NCBI RefSeq assembly: GCF_900079115.1
Contig: NZ_LT549890.1
Span: 2,430,001-2,462,000, forward strand
Reading direction: 5' to 3'
Length of the DNA stretch: 32,000 bases
From: Saccharolobus solfataricus
GTDB lineage: Archaea > Thermoproteota > Thermoprotei_A > Sulfolobales > Sulfolobaceae
Positions 8,662 to 16,198 of the stretch are shown one piece after another. Numbering within the stretch: position 1 is the first letter of the stretch; the number at the start of each line of letters is the position of its first letter. Made by a program: the position numbers and the translations under genes. The notes beneath the pieces are model-generated. The model was not told the DNA's origin and did no database searches. It worked only from the letters and a program-made list of their open reading frames with translations.

Positions 8662-11577
8662 TTAAAACTTTGGTCTGGACCTTCTTATCGTTAAGAACAA
8701 TATTGCTATGATTATAATTGCTATTAGTATTATGACACTCCCTACAAAACTCCCATTTATGTTCTTTACGAAAGTTTCAGTTATTGGTTGATTTACGGTT
8801 ATTGCTACACCATTACTAACGTTATAGGAGCCCTCCCACTTGCCTTGTTCATATATGGGCACGGATTGGGTTAACGTTATTACGCTTCCTCTTGGTAACC
8901 ATTCTGAATTTCCATCTATTGTTACTAAATATTCTATTATTGGTTTAACATTAATACTAGTTGGTTGGGTTATATTTATTAAATACGAAGAAGTATTATA
9001 GAATATTCTTTCATTATTGCTTATATTTACGTATTTAGGTATTAATAAAGTTTGCCCAGCTGGTACCCAAATTTCACTAGTATTTAGGGTCCTATTTGCT
9101 ATTGTAATCAGTATTGGCTCATTCACAGTAACCAGATACTCCTTTAACGTCGTTACTTTCACAGTTAAGCTTCTATTTACTGTAAAGTTAAATGGTAATA
9201 TGGATAATATTATATATCTTGTATTGTTGGAGATATAATACGTCATGTTTATGAACGAAATAGGAGTTACCGCATTATACCATCCTGGACTAAAAGTAAC
9301 TAAGGTTGAATTGATTAAGGCTTTTATTGGTATGTTGGAAATTAAGTTTATATAGTATTGTAGGACATAGTGCAGTTTTAACGAGACTGGCCCATTAACT
9401 ATTATAACATTATTGGAAGTTGGCTTTCCATTTAGACTGATATTGACTAAGTTTTGTCTTTCAGTTTGATTAATATACCAAATTGTATATAATTCAATTT
9501 CAGTATCATTATTATACCATCCGTTACTTAAGGTGGTGTTTTTACCGTTGAAGAGTACATAGACTGGGTAGTTACTACTAACGTTTAAGAAATATTGAGG
9601 TAGTGTAATTATAGTTATATTAATTGGTTGGAGTAATGTAAAGTTTGAATATGGTAAAACTTTTTCCATGAGAAATCTTGCAGTACTATTTATATAGTAT
9701 GTGATGTTCTCTATCTGTATTCTACTTCCAGCGTTGAACCAAGAGTATTTTTGTAACGTCTCGTTAGTACCATTGACTAGTGCGTAAACTGGTATCTTGG
9801 AATAGACAATCAGAGGGTATTGCTTTACCGTTATGATTGATATTGTGATTGGATTTTCAACCGTAATGTTTCTGGAAGGTAAAATATTAGATATTACATA
9901 CCTATATTCGTTATTTTGTCCATAATATGTTATGTTTTCTATATTAATATTCGTACCTATATTATACCAATTACTGGTTAATGTACTATTAGTTCCATTA
10001 ATAAGTGCATAAATGGGTATCTGTGATTTTACAATAATATAATATTGTATTAACTCATTTGCAGTTATTGTATAAGACATATTTACGAGGATTTTATTTG
10101 CGGGTAAGATCTTAGTAATTACCGCTCTAGTTTCATTGCTTTGATAAAACGTTATATTATAAATTTGTATAACCGTGTTCTTATTGTACCACCCAGAGGA
10201 AATTGATGCGTTTGTCCCATTTATTGATCCGAAAAGTGGAATTAATGAGTTAACGTGCACGTAGTATTGTAAAATATAAGTTATTGTGAGGTTAGTGGGG
10301 GTAATTAATGTAAATTCATTAGTTGGGTATGAAAATACCATTATTCTTGAATCATTGGGATAATATGTAAACGGGCTAATTACCACTTTTATAGAGGCGT
10401 TATACCATCCACTACTCAGAGTTGTATAAATTCCATTGATACTTGCGTTTACTGGAATGTTTATATTAATGAAATACTGAAGTTGATAATATACTGTTAT
10501 GTTTCCACTCCTGTTTGCTAAAATTGGAGTAGAATTTAAGCTAACAATCCTGCTTAACCCGTTTAAGACAATAGATGGTAAACTTATATTAGAATTAGCA
10601 TTCACGAAAATCAAGGAAGGCAATCTTGCGATCTCTTTAAGACCGTCGGAAAAATATGAAACGTTTATAGGTATATTAAAGCTTCCTCCAATTACCTTAT
10701 AATTTAAGAATATTGGATATAAATTACCAGTTATAAAGTAATATCCATTTGAGGCTGTAAATGCTCCTATATAGGACAAATTATAGAAGGTGTAGTTATT
10801 TGAAACCGAATATGCAATCTCGTCAGTCGCTATACCTTGTGGAGGGGAGGTTAAATATATTTCATTAATACCTAAAGTGAAGCTAGTTGTTAAATATTGT
10901 AATCTATATATAACTCCCAGTTCTCCTCCAAAATATGCCTTAAGATGATACCATTCTGTCATTAATCCAGTTATGAAACCATGTAAAAAGTTAAGATCCG
11001 TAACGATACTGGATGCACCGTTAGCGTTAACAATTGCAATTGCTTTGGCACCAGTGCTATTATCATAAGCGGAAAGTATTATATTGCCATTTGATATTTC
11101 GATTTCTAGCATCATCTCATCCCCGCTATTCACAATTCCATTGAAGTTTAGCAGAACTGGTCCTATTACCGGATCCCCGCTACTATTCCAGACCATGTAG
11201 ATCATATGAAATCCTGGGTCAAATGAACCATTTGTATAAGGCCAATTATAGGCTACACCAACTTGATACCACCAGTCATTATTGGTTATTGCATTTAACA
11301 AATACGCTGGACCGTAACCAGAATCACTAGTTTGTGCAATTACTTTTACATAAATTACTAAATTTGTACTAACTGGATATGCATTTAACGCCATGAATAG
11401 CTGCTCGTCGTAGAAAGTTATCCCTGGGTCATTAGAATTTAACGTGGATAATGGTAGTGGTTTAGTATTACTATGAGATACTGGGGTTAATGGAATAAGA
11501 GATATAATTAAAAGGATTGTTATAATAATTACTTTCCACTCCATATTTTTTGTCTTTATACAAAACCTTTTAAGCAT
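8662..11577 (-). CDS. large secreted, heavily N-glycosylated, C-terminally membrane-anchored protein: thermopsin-like N-terminal region plus eight tandem beta-repeats
   Basis: The maximal ORF is 990 aa (to 11634). Likely starts are the ATG at 11577 (MLKRFCIKTKNMEWKVIIITILLIISLIPL, signal-peptide-like) or at 11544. There are about 44 N-x-S/T sequons by hand count. The C-terminus is VGSVIILIAIIIIAILFLTI followed by RRSRPKF. TSPPQGIATDEIAY and WWYQVGVAY...IYMVWN resemble thermopsin (peptidase A5) segments from memory. Confidence 0.85.
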   Translation of the reverse strand: MLKRFCIKTKNMEWKVIIITILLIISLIPLTPVSHSNTKPLPLSTLNSNDPGITFYDEQLFMALNAYPVSTNLVIYVKVIAQTSDSGYGPAYLLNAITNNDWWYQVGVAYNWPYTNGSFDPGFHMIYMVWNSSGDPVIGPVLLNFNGIVNSGDEMMLEIEISNGNIILSAYDNSTGAKAIAIVNANGASSIVTDLNFLHGFITGLMTEWYHLKAYFGGELGVIYRLQYLTTSFTLGINEIYLTSPPQGIATDEIAYSVSNNYTFYNLSYIGAFTASNGYYFITGNLYPIFLNYKVIGGSFNIPINVSYFSDGLKEIARLPSLIFVNANSNISLPSIVLNGLSRIVSLNSTPILANRSGNITVYYQLQYFININIPVNASINGIYTTLSSGWYNASIKVVISPFTYYPNDSRIMVFSYPTNEFTLITPTNLTITYILQYYVHVNSLIPLFGSINGTNASISSGWYNKNTVIQIYNITFYQSNETRAVITKILPANKILVNMSYTITANELIQYYIIVKSQIPIYALINGTNSTLTSNWYNIGTNINIENITYYGQNNEYRYVISNILPSRNITVENPITISIITVKQYPLIVYSKIPVYALVNGTNETLQKYSWFNAGSRIQIENITYYINSTARFLMEKVLPYSNFTLLQPINITIITLPQYFLNVSSNYPVYVLFNGKNTTLSNGWYNNDTEIELYTIWYINQTERQNLVNISLNGKPTSNNVIIVNGPVSLKLHYVLQYYINLISNIPIKALINSTLVTFSPGWYNAVTPISFINMTYYISNNTRYIILSILPFNFTVNRSLTVKVTTLKEYLVTVNEPILITIANRTLNTSEIWVPAGQTLLIPKYVNISNNERIFYNTSSYLINITQPTSINVKPIIEYLVTIDGNSEWLPRGSVITLTQSVPIYEQGKWEGSYNVSNGVAITVNQPITETFVKNINGSFVGSVIILIAIIIIAILFLTIRRSRPKF
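8761..10485 (-). repeat. eight tandem in-frame repeats of 69-79 aa within the glycoprotein gene
   Basis: Repeat units start at aa 386, 456, 530, 605, 680, 759, 832 and 901. The shared pattern is QYY(I/L)xVxSxIP(I/V)YALINGTNxTLxSGWYNxGTxIxIxNITYYxxNxxRYVIxxILPxxNxTVxxPIxIxxxxxK. Confidence 0.8.
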
Positions 11578-11693
11578 TTTTCCAACTGAACTTTCTTCAG
11601 TAGTACTATATATTAAAATCATAATATTAGTCAATCATTTCCATTATCATAAGATATATATATTCCGCTTGAGAATAAAGAATGTGGTGTTGA

Positions 11694-11888
11694 ATGATTT
11701 CACCAATAATATTTGTTAAGATTTCCTTCTTGGTTATAGCCTTAGTTATGGCGATCTTTGGGGTTACCTATGTTGGCTTGGCTTACTTTAATCTCTTTCC
11801 ACGAGTTAGAAACGATTTATATATTATTGGTTCCACATTAGTTGCGATAGCTACAGCTTTTGTAATACTCACGATAATTTTACTCTGA
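11694..11888 (+). CDS. small membrane protein (2 TM)
   Basis: A 64-aa hydrophobic ORF preceded by GGTG 5 nt upstream of the ATG. A hairpin and a T6 tract follow it. Confidence 0.55.
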   Translation: MISPIIFVKISFLVIALVMAIFGVTYVGLAYFNLFPRVRNDLYIIGSTLVAIATAFVILTIILL

Positions 11889-11898
11889 TGCTGAGAAG

Positions 11899-11929
11899 GG
11901 CTCGGCTTGATCTGTGATGAACCCGAGCC
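11899..11929 (+). other. GC-rich hairpin (7-bp stem GGCUCGG/CCGAGCC, 17-nt loop)
   Basis: A perfect inverted repeat read directly from the sequence, 11 nt after the stop of the 64-aa ORF. Confidence 0.5.
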
Positions 11930-11967
11930 ATGCTAACTGAGTTTAATAGAGTTACTTAATGTAATGC

Positions 11968-11973
11968 TTTTTT
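11968..11973 (+). terminator. T6 tract
   Basis: The sequence gcttttttgg lies downstream of the small ORF and hairpin. Confidence 0.35.
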
Positions 11974-12105
11974 GGAGTCGTTGAATTTTGGGGCATTTTA
12001 GAGCCATTGTAAATCTGATTGTGATCCTGATAATAATTGAAATGCAAGATAATAGTAGTTTATGCTAAAAATATCCAATAGACCAACTAAGCATTAATGT
12101 AAGTA

Positions 12106-12115
12106 ATATTTATAT
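12106..12115 (+). promoter_or_regulatory. TATA box of the hsp20 transcription unit
   Basis: The sequence atatttatat is centred about 26 nt upstream of the ATG at 12138 and about 100 nt upstream of the hsp20 ATG. Confidence 0.45.
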
Positions 12116-12212
12116 CACAATCCCACTAACATATATTATGAGAAGAATTCTAAGATGGTATCTAATATACAGATTGCTCAGAGCTCTATGGAGGATAAGA
12201 AGGTGATAAGTT

Positions 12213-12587
12213 ATGATGAATGTGATAATGAGAGAAATAGGTAAAAAATTAGATGAACTGTCTAGAGAATTTTATGAATCAGTTATTCCGCCCATAGATA
12301 TGTATGAAGAAGGGGGAGAGTTAGTAGTGGTAGCAGATCTAGCGGGTTTTAATAAAGATAAGATAAGTGTAAGGTTATCTGCACAGAACGAACTGATAAT
12401 TAACGCTGAAAGGGAAATACAGTATATTGGTACTAAATACGCTACTCAGAGACCTCTTAAGATACATAAGGTAATTCGTTTACCGGTAAAGGTTAAGAGG
12501 GATTCTCAAGTTACAGCGAAATATGAAAATGGTGTATTGACTATAAGGATACCAGTGGAGGGTTCAGTCTCAATCAGAATAGAATAA
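12213..12587 (+). CDS. hsp20: small heat shock protein, alpha-crystallin/Hsp20 family
   Basis: 124 aa. DMYEEGGELVVVADLAGFNKDKISV ... KYENGVLTIRIP is nearly co-linear with the Sulfolobus Hsp14-type sHSP I remember. GGTGA lies 6 nt upstream of the ATG. An alternative ATG is at 12228. Confidence 0.92.
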   Translation: MMNVIMREIGKKLDELSREFYESVIPPIDMYEEGGELVVVADLAGFNKDKISVRLSAQNELIINAEREIQYIGTKYATQRPLKIHKVIRLPVKVKRDSQVTAKYENGVLTIRIPVEGSVSIRIE

Positions 12588-12588
12588 T

Positions 12589-12596
12589 TTTTTTTA
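12589..12596 (+). terminator. T8 tract after hsp20
   Basis: The sequence taa tttttttt aag lies immediately after the stop codon. Confidence 0.45.
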
Positions 12597-12598
12597 AG

Positions 12599-14089
12599 TT
12601 ATGTATTTTTTCTTCCACTTAGTGATATTGAGAATGCTAGAATAACCATAAGGAGGGTAATGATAATATCTTTTGTTATAGCATAAAATATTATGGTTAT
12701 AACCAATATCATTTGAGGAATATAATTAGTTATTGCACTACCTTTCCTACTGCTTTGTATGTTTATCAGCTCTTGCTGTTGTGAATATGATAATAGAAAG
12801 CTCCTAAATCTATTCCAAATTCCATTAACTAGTTCTCTTACTTGTTCTATAACAACTTTCGTTGTATACCCTTCTTCTTCTAAAAAAGTTATAGATGATT
12901 TGACAAAGTCAAAATCTTTATCTATTTCTCTACATGTCCCATCTAAAACGTTAACCATTCTAAAAGGCAGAACAAGTTTAGATGGCATTCTAAGTGGAAA
13001 CTTAAAGAATACTTGATCAGCCAGTTTCATAAAATCTTCCAGCTCTAATTCACTAACTTCTATTCCTTGCATTGCTTGCATGAAAAGCCTCAATCCCTTC
13101 GCTAATACCCTCCTATCCGCGAAAGGCTGTATTGCCCCTAACTCGTCTAGTACCCTTACTAGTGAATCTGCATCCATTCTAATCATTGCCACATATGCCC
13201 TAATCAATAGATTTCTAGTCTTTTCATCTATTTTTCCAGACATTCCAAAGTCGTAGAGTACCAAATTCCCTTGCTCGTCAACCGCTATATTACCAGGGTG
13301 AGGATCTGCATGAAAATAGTCCTTATTAAGCAACATATACATGAACAATCTAAATACTCTATATGCCAATATTCTGTTATCAACTATCTTTTTTGCCTCT
13401 TCGCTTGTAACTTTATACCCTTTAATATACTCCATCACTAAAACTCTTTTAGTAGCCTTTATTATTGAAGGTATTCTTAAGGACGGATAATCTGACAATT
13501 CCTCTTTGATCTTATTTAAATAAAAGGCTTCCTTAGTATAATCCATTTCTTCAAATATTCTTCTGGAAAATTCTTCTAGGAATACTTTTATTATTTCGAT
13601 GAATGATTCATCAAATACAAATCTAAGGAGTGGCAACAATTTCTTTACTACTTGAATATCTTCATTTACAGTTTCCTTTATTCCAGGTCTATTTACCTTA
13701 ATAGCAACGATCTTTCCATTATATTCTCCTAGATAGACTTGACCTAAAGACGCTGAAGACAGTTCTTTTAAAATTTTTACACTATTGCCGAGTTCCTCAT
13801 CGATAATTTTACTTACTTGGCTAAATGGAGCAGGTGGGACTTCATCTTGTAATCTGGCTAATTCTTTAATATACGTTTCCGGCATAATGTCAGGTCTAAC
13901 TGAAAGAATTTGTCCGAACTTGATGAATGTGGGACCTAGTTCAATTAGCGTGTCAACAAATTTCTTAGCCTCTTCTGCCATCTCTTTTTCATCGATTGGA
14001 ATTTCCTTTAGGATTTTATTTCTAAACTCTCTATACGCTAGTACTCTAGGGGCCAATTTGAAAAACACTTCCAGTAATCTTCTAATCAC
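12599..14089 (-). CDS. ABC1/UbiB-family atypical protein kinase with C-terminal TM helices
   Basis: 496 aa. LGPTFIKFGQILSVRPD, ASLGQVY, AIKV, HADPHPGNI and YDFG are ABC1/aarF kinase motifs. The C-terminus is hydrophobic. Confidence 0.88.
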   Translation of the reverse strand: MIRRLLEVFFKLAPRVLAYREFRNKILKEIPIDEKEMAEEAKKFVDTLIELGPTFIKFGQILSVRPDIMPETYIKELARLQDEVPPAPFSQVSKIIDEELGNSVKILKELSSASLGQVYLGEYNGKIVAIKVNRPGIKETVNEDIQVVKKLLPLLRFVFDESFIEIIKVFLEEFSRRIFEEMDYTKEAFYLNKIKEELSDYPSLRIPSIIKATKRVLVMEYIKGYKVTSEEAKKIVDNRILAYRVFRLFMYMLLNKDYFHADPHPGNIAVDEQGNLVLYDFGMSGKIDEKTRNLLIRAYVAMIRMDADSLVRVLDELGAIQPFADRRVLAKGLRLFMQAMQGIEVSELELEDFMKLADQVFFKFPLRMPSKLVLPFRMVNVLDGTCREIDKDFDFVKSSITFLEEEGYTTKVVIEQVRELVNGIWNRFRSFLLSYSQQQELINIQSSRKGSAITNYIPQMILVITIIFYAITKDIIITLLMVILAFSISLSGRKNT

Positions 14090-14308
14090 AACTATAATAT
14101 AGTAAAAAGGAAGTATTTGTACCTATTCTAAGTTGTTAGAGTGCAGTAATAAAGTTCTAAATAAATTTTTCTTAATAGTATTAAAGATTAGTTAGCTGTA
14201 AATAATGTAAGAATGTTGAACTTAGAGGGGCAGATAAAATCTTATTATCGTTCATTTTTACCGTCTATTTTAGGAAGAATTTAATAGTTTTGTTAGTTAT
14301 AGATATAC

Positions 14309-15574
14309 ATGAAAATACTAATAATTGCCCCCTTAACTGAGGTATCGGAAGAAGAAAATGAGATCAGACCGATAGAAGTTACAAATTGGTCAAATTCACC
14401 AGTAGGAATTAGCTCCAAGTATTCTTTTTTAGCCGAAAAGAAGTTCCTTGAAGAAGAAAGGCATGAGGTTAAAATTTTAACTCTAGTCCCGACCGAAATA
14501 AGAAAGAATCTTAACGTTAAATTCAGTAACTATAATGAGCTAGTCAGTAATATTTTGGAGGCTCTAAAGTTCGGTAATGATAATATCGCAGTTGAGGTGA
14601 TACCCTTTGAGGATTCAGTAAGTTTGGGTACTTCCCTATTCTTCTCTTATTTGAAAATTTATTATGCTATAAAGACTTTCTTACCTAGTTTAATAATTTT
14701 AGATGTATCACACTCTAGTTCTTCCTTTTCCACATTAGTTTTAACAGCGTTAGATATAGCGATAACTGATTCACTTCTCACCCAACAAGTTGAAAATTAT
14801 ATTTACGCAAAAGTAAGTAAAAGGAACGATTCTATACAATTAATTAGTCATATGTTTAAGAATATGTATAGTATTAAATTATCTGAATATTTCTTAAGGG
14901 AGATGAAGATAATGAAATCGGAAAACCAGGCTAATTTACCTCAGTTTGTAGGAAGGGCTGAATTTAGAAGGCTTGGTTTTTGTATAGAAAATTGTTACCC
15001 TCTAGTTGTTCTTCATGTTCTGGATGGAATGGACTTAGAGAAACTGGTTAGTGAGGAAAAGATTATGGAGATAGTTGTTAACAATTTAGAGATCAAGGAT
15101 GGTAAATTAATACAGAATGTCGAGTTATTAGAGGGCGCGACGTATTATGTCCTTGCTACACACTTGGTAAAGAGGTATAAGGTTAAAAAACCATTTAGTG
15201 TTGATAATGTGAGGAATATTCTAAATTTAACTTCCCCAACTTGCAGGCGAATTTCCAATCAGATCATAGACGAAATGATGATAGAGTTGAACTACCTCCT
15301 AAGACATTTAGGATTGAGAGAAGGTGAGTATAGCTTAGAGCAAATATCTAATTTATTAAAACAACCTTTAACTGAGATTATACGAAAAGAAGAGAGCATT
15401 GGTGATATATTAAGTAGATATAAGCGTGAATGTGGAAGTATTAATTTAAGCGGAATTGGTTTAGACCCTGGTGCGACTATTATAAAGATAGATAGTGACA
15501 AGATTTACGTATATTACGCTGATGAATGTGAAGATAGTGTGTTAAGTAAAGTCAAAGATCAGATGGGCGATTAG
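14309..15574 (+). CDS. hypothetical protein; possible degenerate Csx1/CARF (DxTHG-family)-like protein
   Basis: A 421-aa ORF with a TATA-like aatttaatag about 26 nt upstream. Three features are co-linear with CRISPR-associated Csx1/DxTHG proteins from memory. The N-terminus is MKILIIAPL (Rossmann beta1-like). LDVSHSS at aa 131-137 sits where DxTHG is found. The C-terminal SGIGLD...IYVYY sits where RNxxAHxGLE...IxLxY is found. Both the catalytic R and H are absent. That it is a CDS is likely; the family call is weak. Confidence 0.5.
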   Translation: MKILIIAPLTEVSEEENEIRPIEVTNWSNSPVGISSKYSFLAEKKFLEEERHEVKILTLVPTEIRKNLNVKFSNYNELVSNILEALKFGNDNIAVEVIPFEDSVSLGTSLFFSYLKIYYAIKTFLPSLIILDVSHSSSSFSTLVLTALDIAITDSLLTQQVENYIYAKVSKRNDSIQLISHMFKNMYSIKLSEYFLREMKIMKSENQANLPQFVGRAEFRRLGFCIENCYPLVVLHVLDGMDLEKLVSEEKIMEIVVNNLEIKDGKLIQNVELLEGATYYVLATHLVKRYKVKKPFSVDNVRNILNLTSPTCRRISNQIIDEMMIELNYLLRHLGLREGEYSLEQISNLLKQPLTEIIRKEESIGDILSRYKRECGSINLSGIGLDPGATIIKIDSDKIYVYYADECEDSVLSKVKDQMGD

Positions 15575-16152
15575 CAGAAGTCCAATTTTACGCAAATTCT
15601 ATCATTATCGCAACTTTCATCTAATTCGATTATTTGAAAGTTTTCCTTAAGAGTTTCCGTTATTATGCGAAGGAATTTAATTATATTTGGGTTAGTTGAG
15701 ACATTGATCATCTCAAATTTTGTTTTTCCGTCTGCAACTAGTTTTATGTTATCCCCTAGAATATACGCTAGTCCTCTAAGGACATTCTCTAAAATTGATC
15801 TCTCTTTACAATTGCTTTCAAAACTCTCTAAAAGTAGTAAGCCTGTATCTTGCGCCTCATTAGTTATTATTGATAGCAACGAATTAGCTATTTCCTTGTA
15901 AATTTTTTCATCGTGGATACTTGAGATAAGATTATAGAATAGATTAGATGCTATAAGGTATTTAATTCCAAGTACTGCATTTCTCGTACTAGGATTAGTT
16001 ATATCAATATCTTCCATTATGAGTTCAGATGCGCTCTGTATTATTTTGTCTGTGCAATTGTATGATTTCTTATTGTCTAGCTTTATACAAATCTCATCCA
16101 ATTTCTCCCAAATATCACTTCTAATTCTCCAAGGTCGAGATTGTAAAGTCAT
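15571..16152 (-). CDS. hypothetical protein with a possible N-terminal ribbon-helix-helix-like segment
   Basis: 193 aa with a TATA-like tctatatat about 24 nt upstream of the ATG. The N-terminal RPWRIRSDIWEKLDEICIKLDNKKSYNCTDKIIQSASELI fits a strand-helix-turn-helix-like pattern. No family was recognised. Confidence 0.6.
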   Translation of the reverse strand: MTLQSRPWRIRSDIWEKLDEICIKLDNKKSYNCTDKIIQSASELIMEDIDITNPSTRNAVLGIKYLIASNLFYNLISSIHDEKIYKEIANSLLSIITNEAQDTGLLLLESFESNCKERSILENVLRGLAYILGDNIKLVADGKTKFEMINVSTNPNIIKFLRIITETLKENFQIIELDESCDNDRICVKLDFC

Positions 16153-16198
16153 GTGTTTAAATATGATATATAGAGTAATTATGGGTTTTGCATATCAG

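Noticed and set aside
9017-10702. Plus-strand ORFs 9017-9238 and 10499-10702
   Set aside because: They are antisense to the 990-aa glycoprotein gene, whose repeat structure and sequon density clearly mark the minus strand as coding.
11578-11634. N-terminal extension MTNIMILIYSTTEESSVGK of the glycoprotein ORF
   Set aside because: A TATA-like box lies within it. The downstream Met residues give a normal charged-then-hydrophobic signal peptide.
11885-11940. Interpretation of this element as a canonical C/D-box methylation guide
   Set aside because: The box spacers are 15-16 nt. The two would-be guides are complementary to each other and form the hairpin stem, which is not how guides behave. 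It is kept only as a hairpin observation.
12759-14102. Plus-strand ORFs 12759-13016 and 13785-14102
   Set aside because: They are antisense to the UbiB/ABC1 kinase gene, which has clear kinase motifs.
14213-14284. 23-codon ORF (MLNLEGQIKSYYRSFLPSILGRI) in the divergent intergenic region
   Set aside because: It is too short, has no RBS or TATA at the right distance, and overlaps the TATA-like element of the downstream gene.
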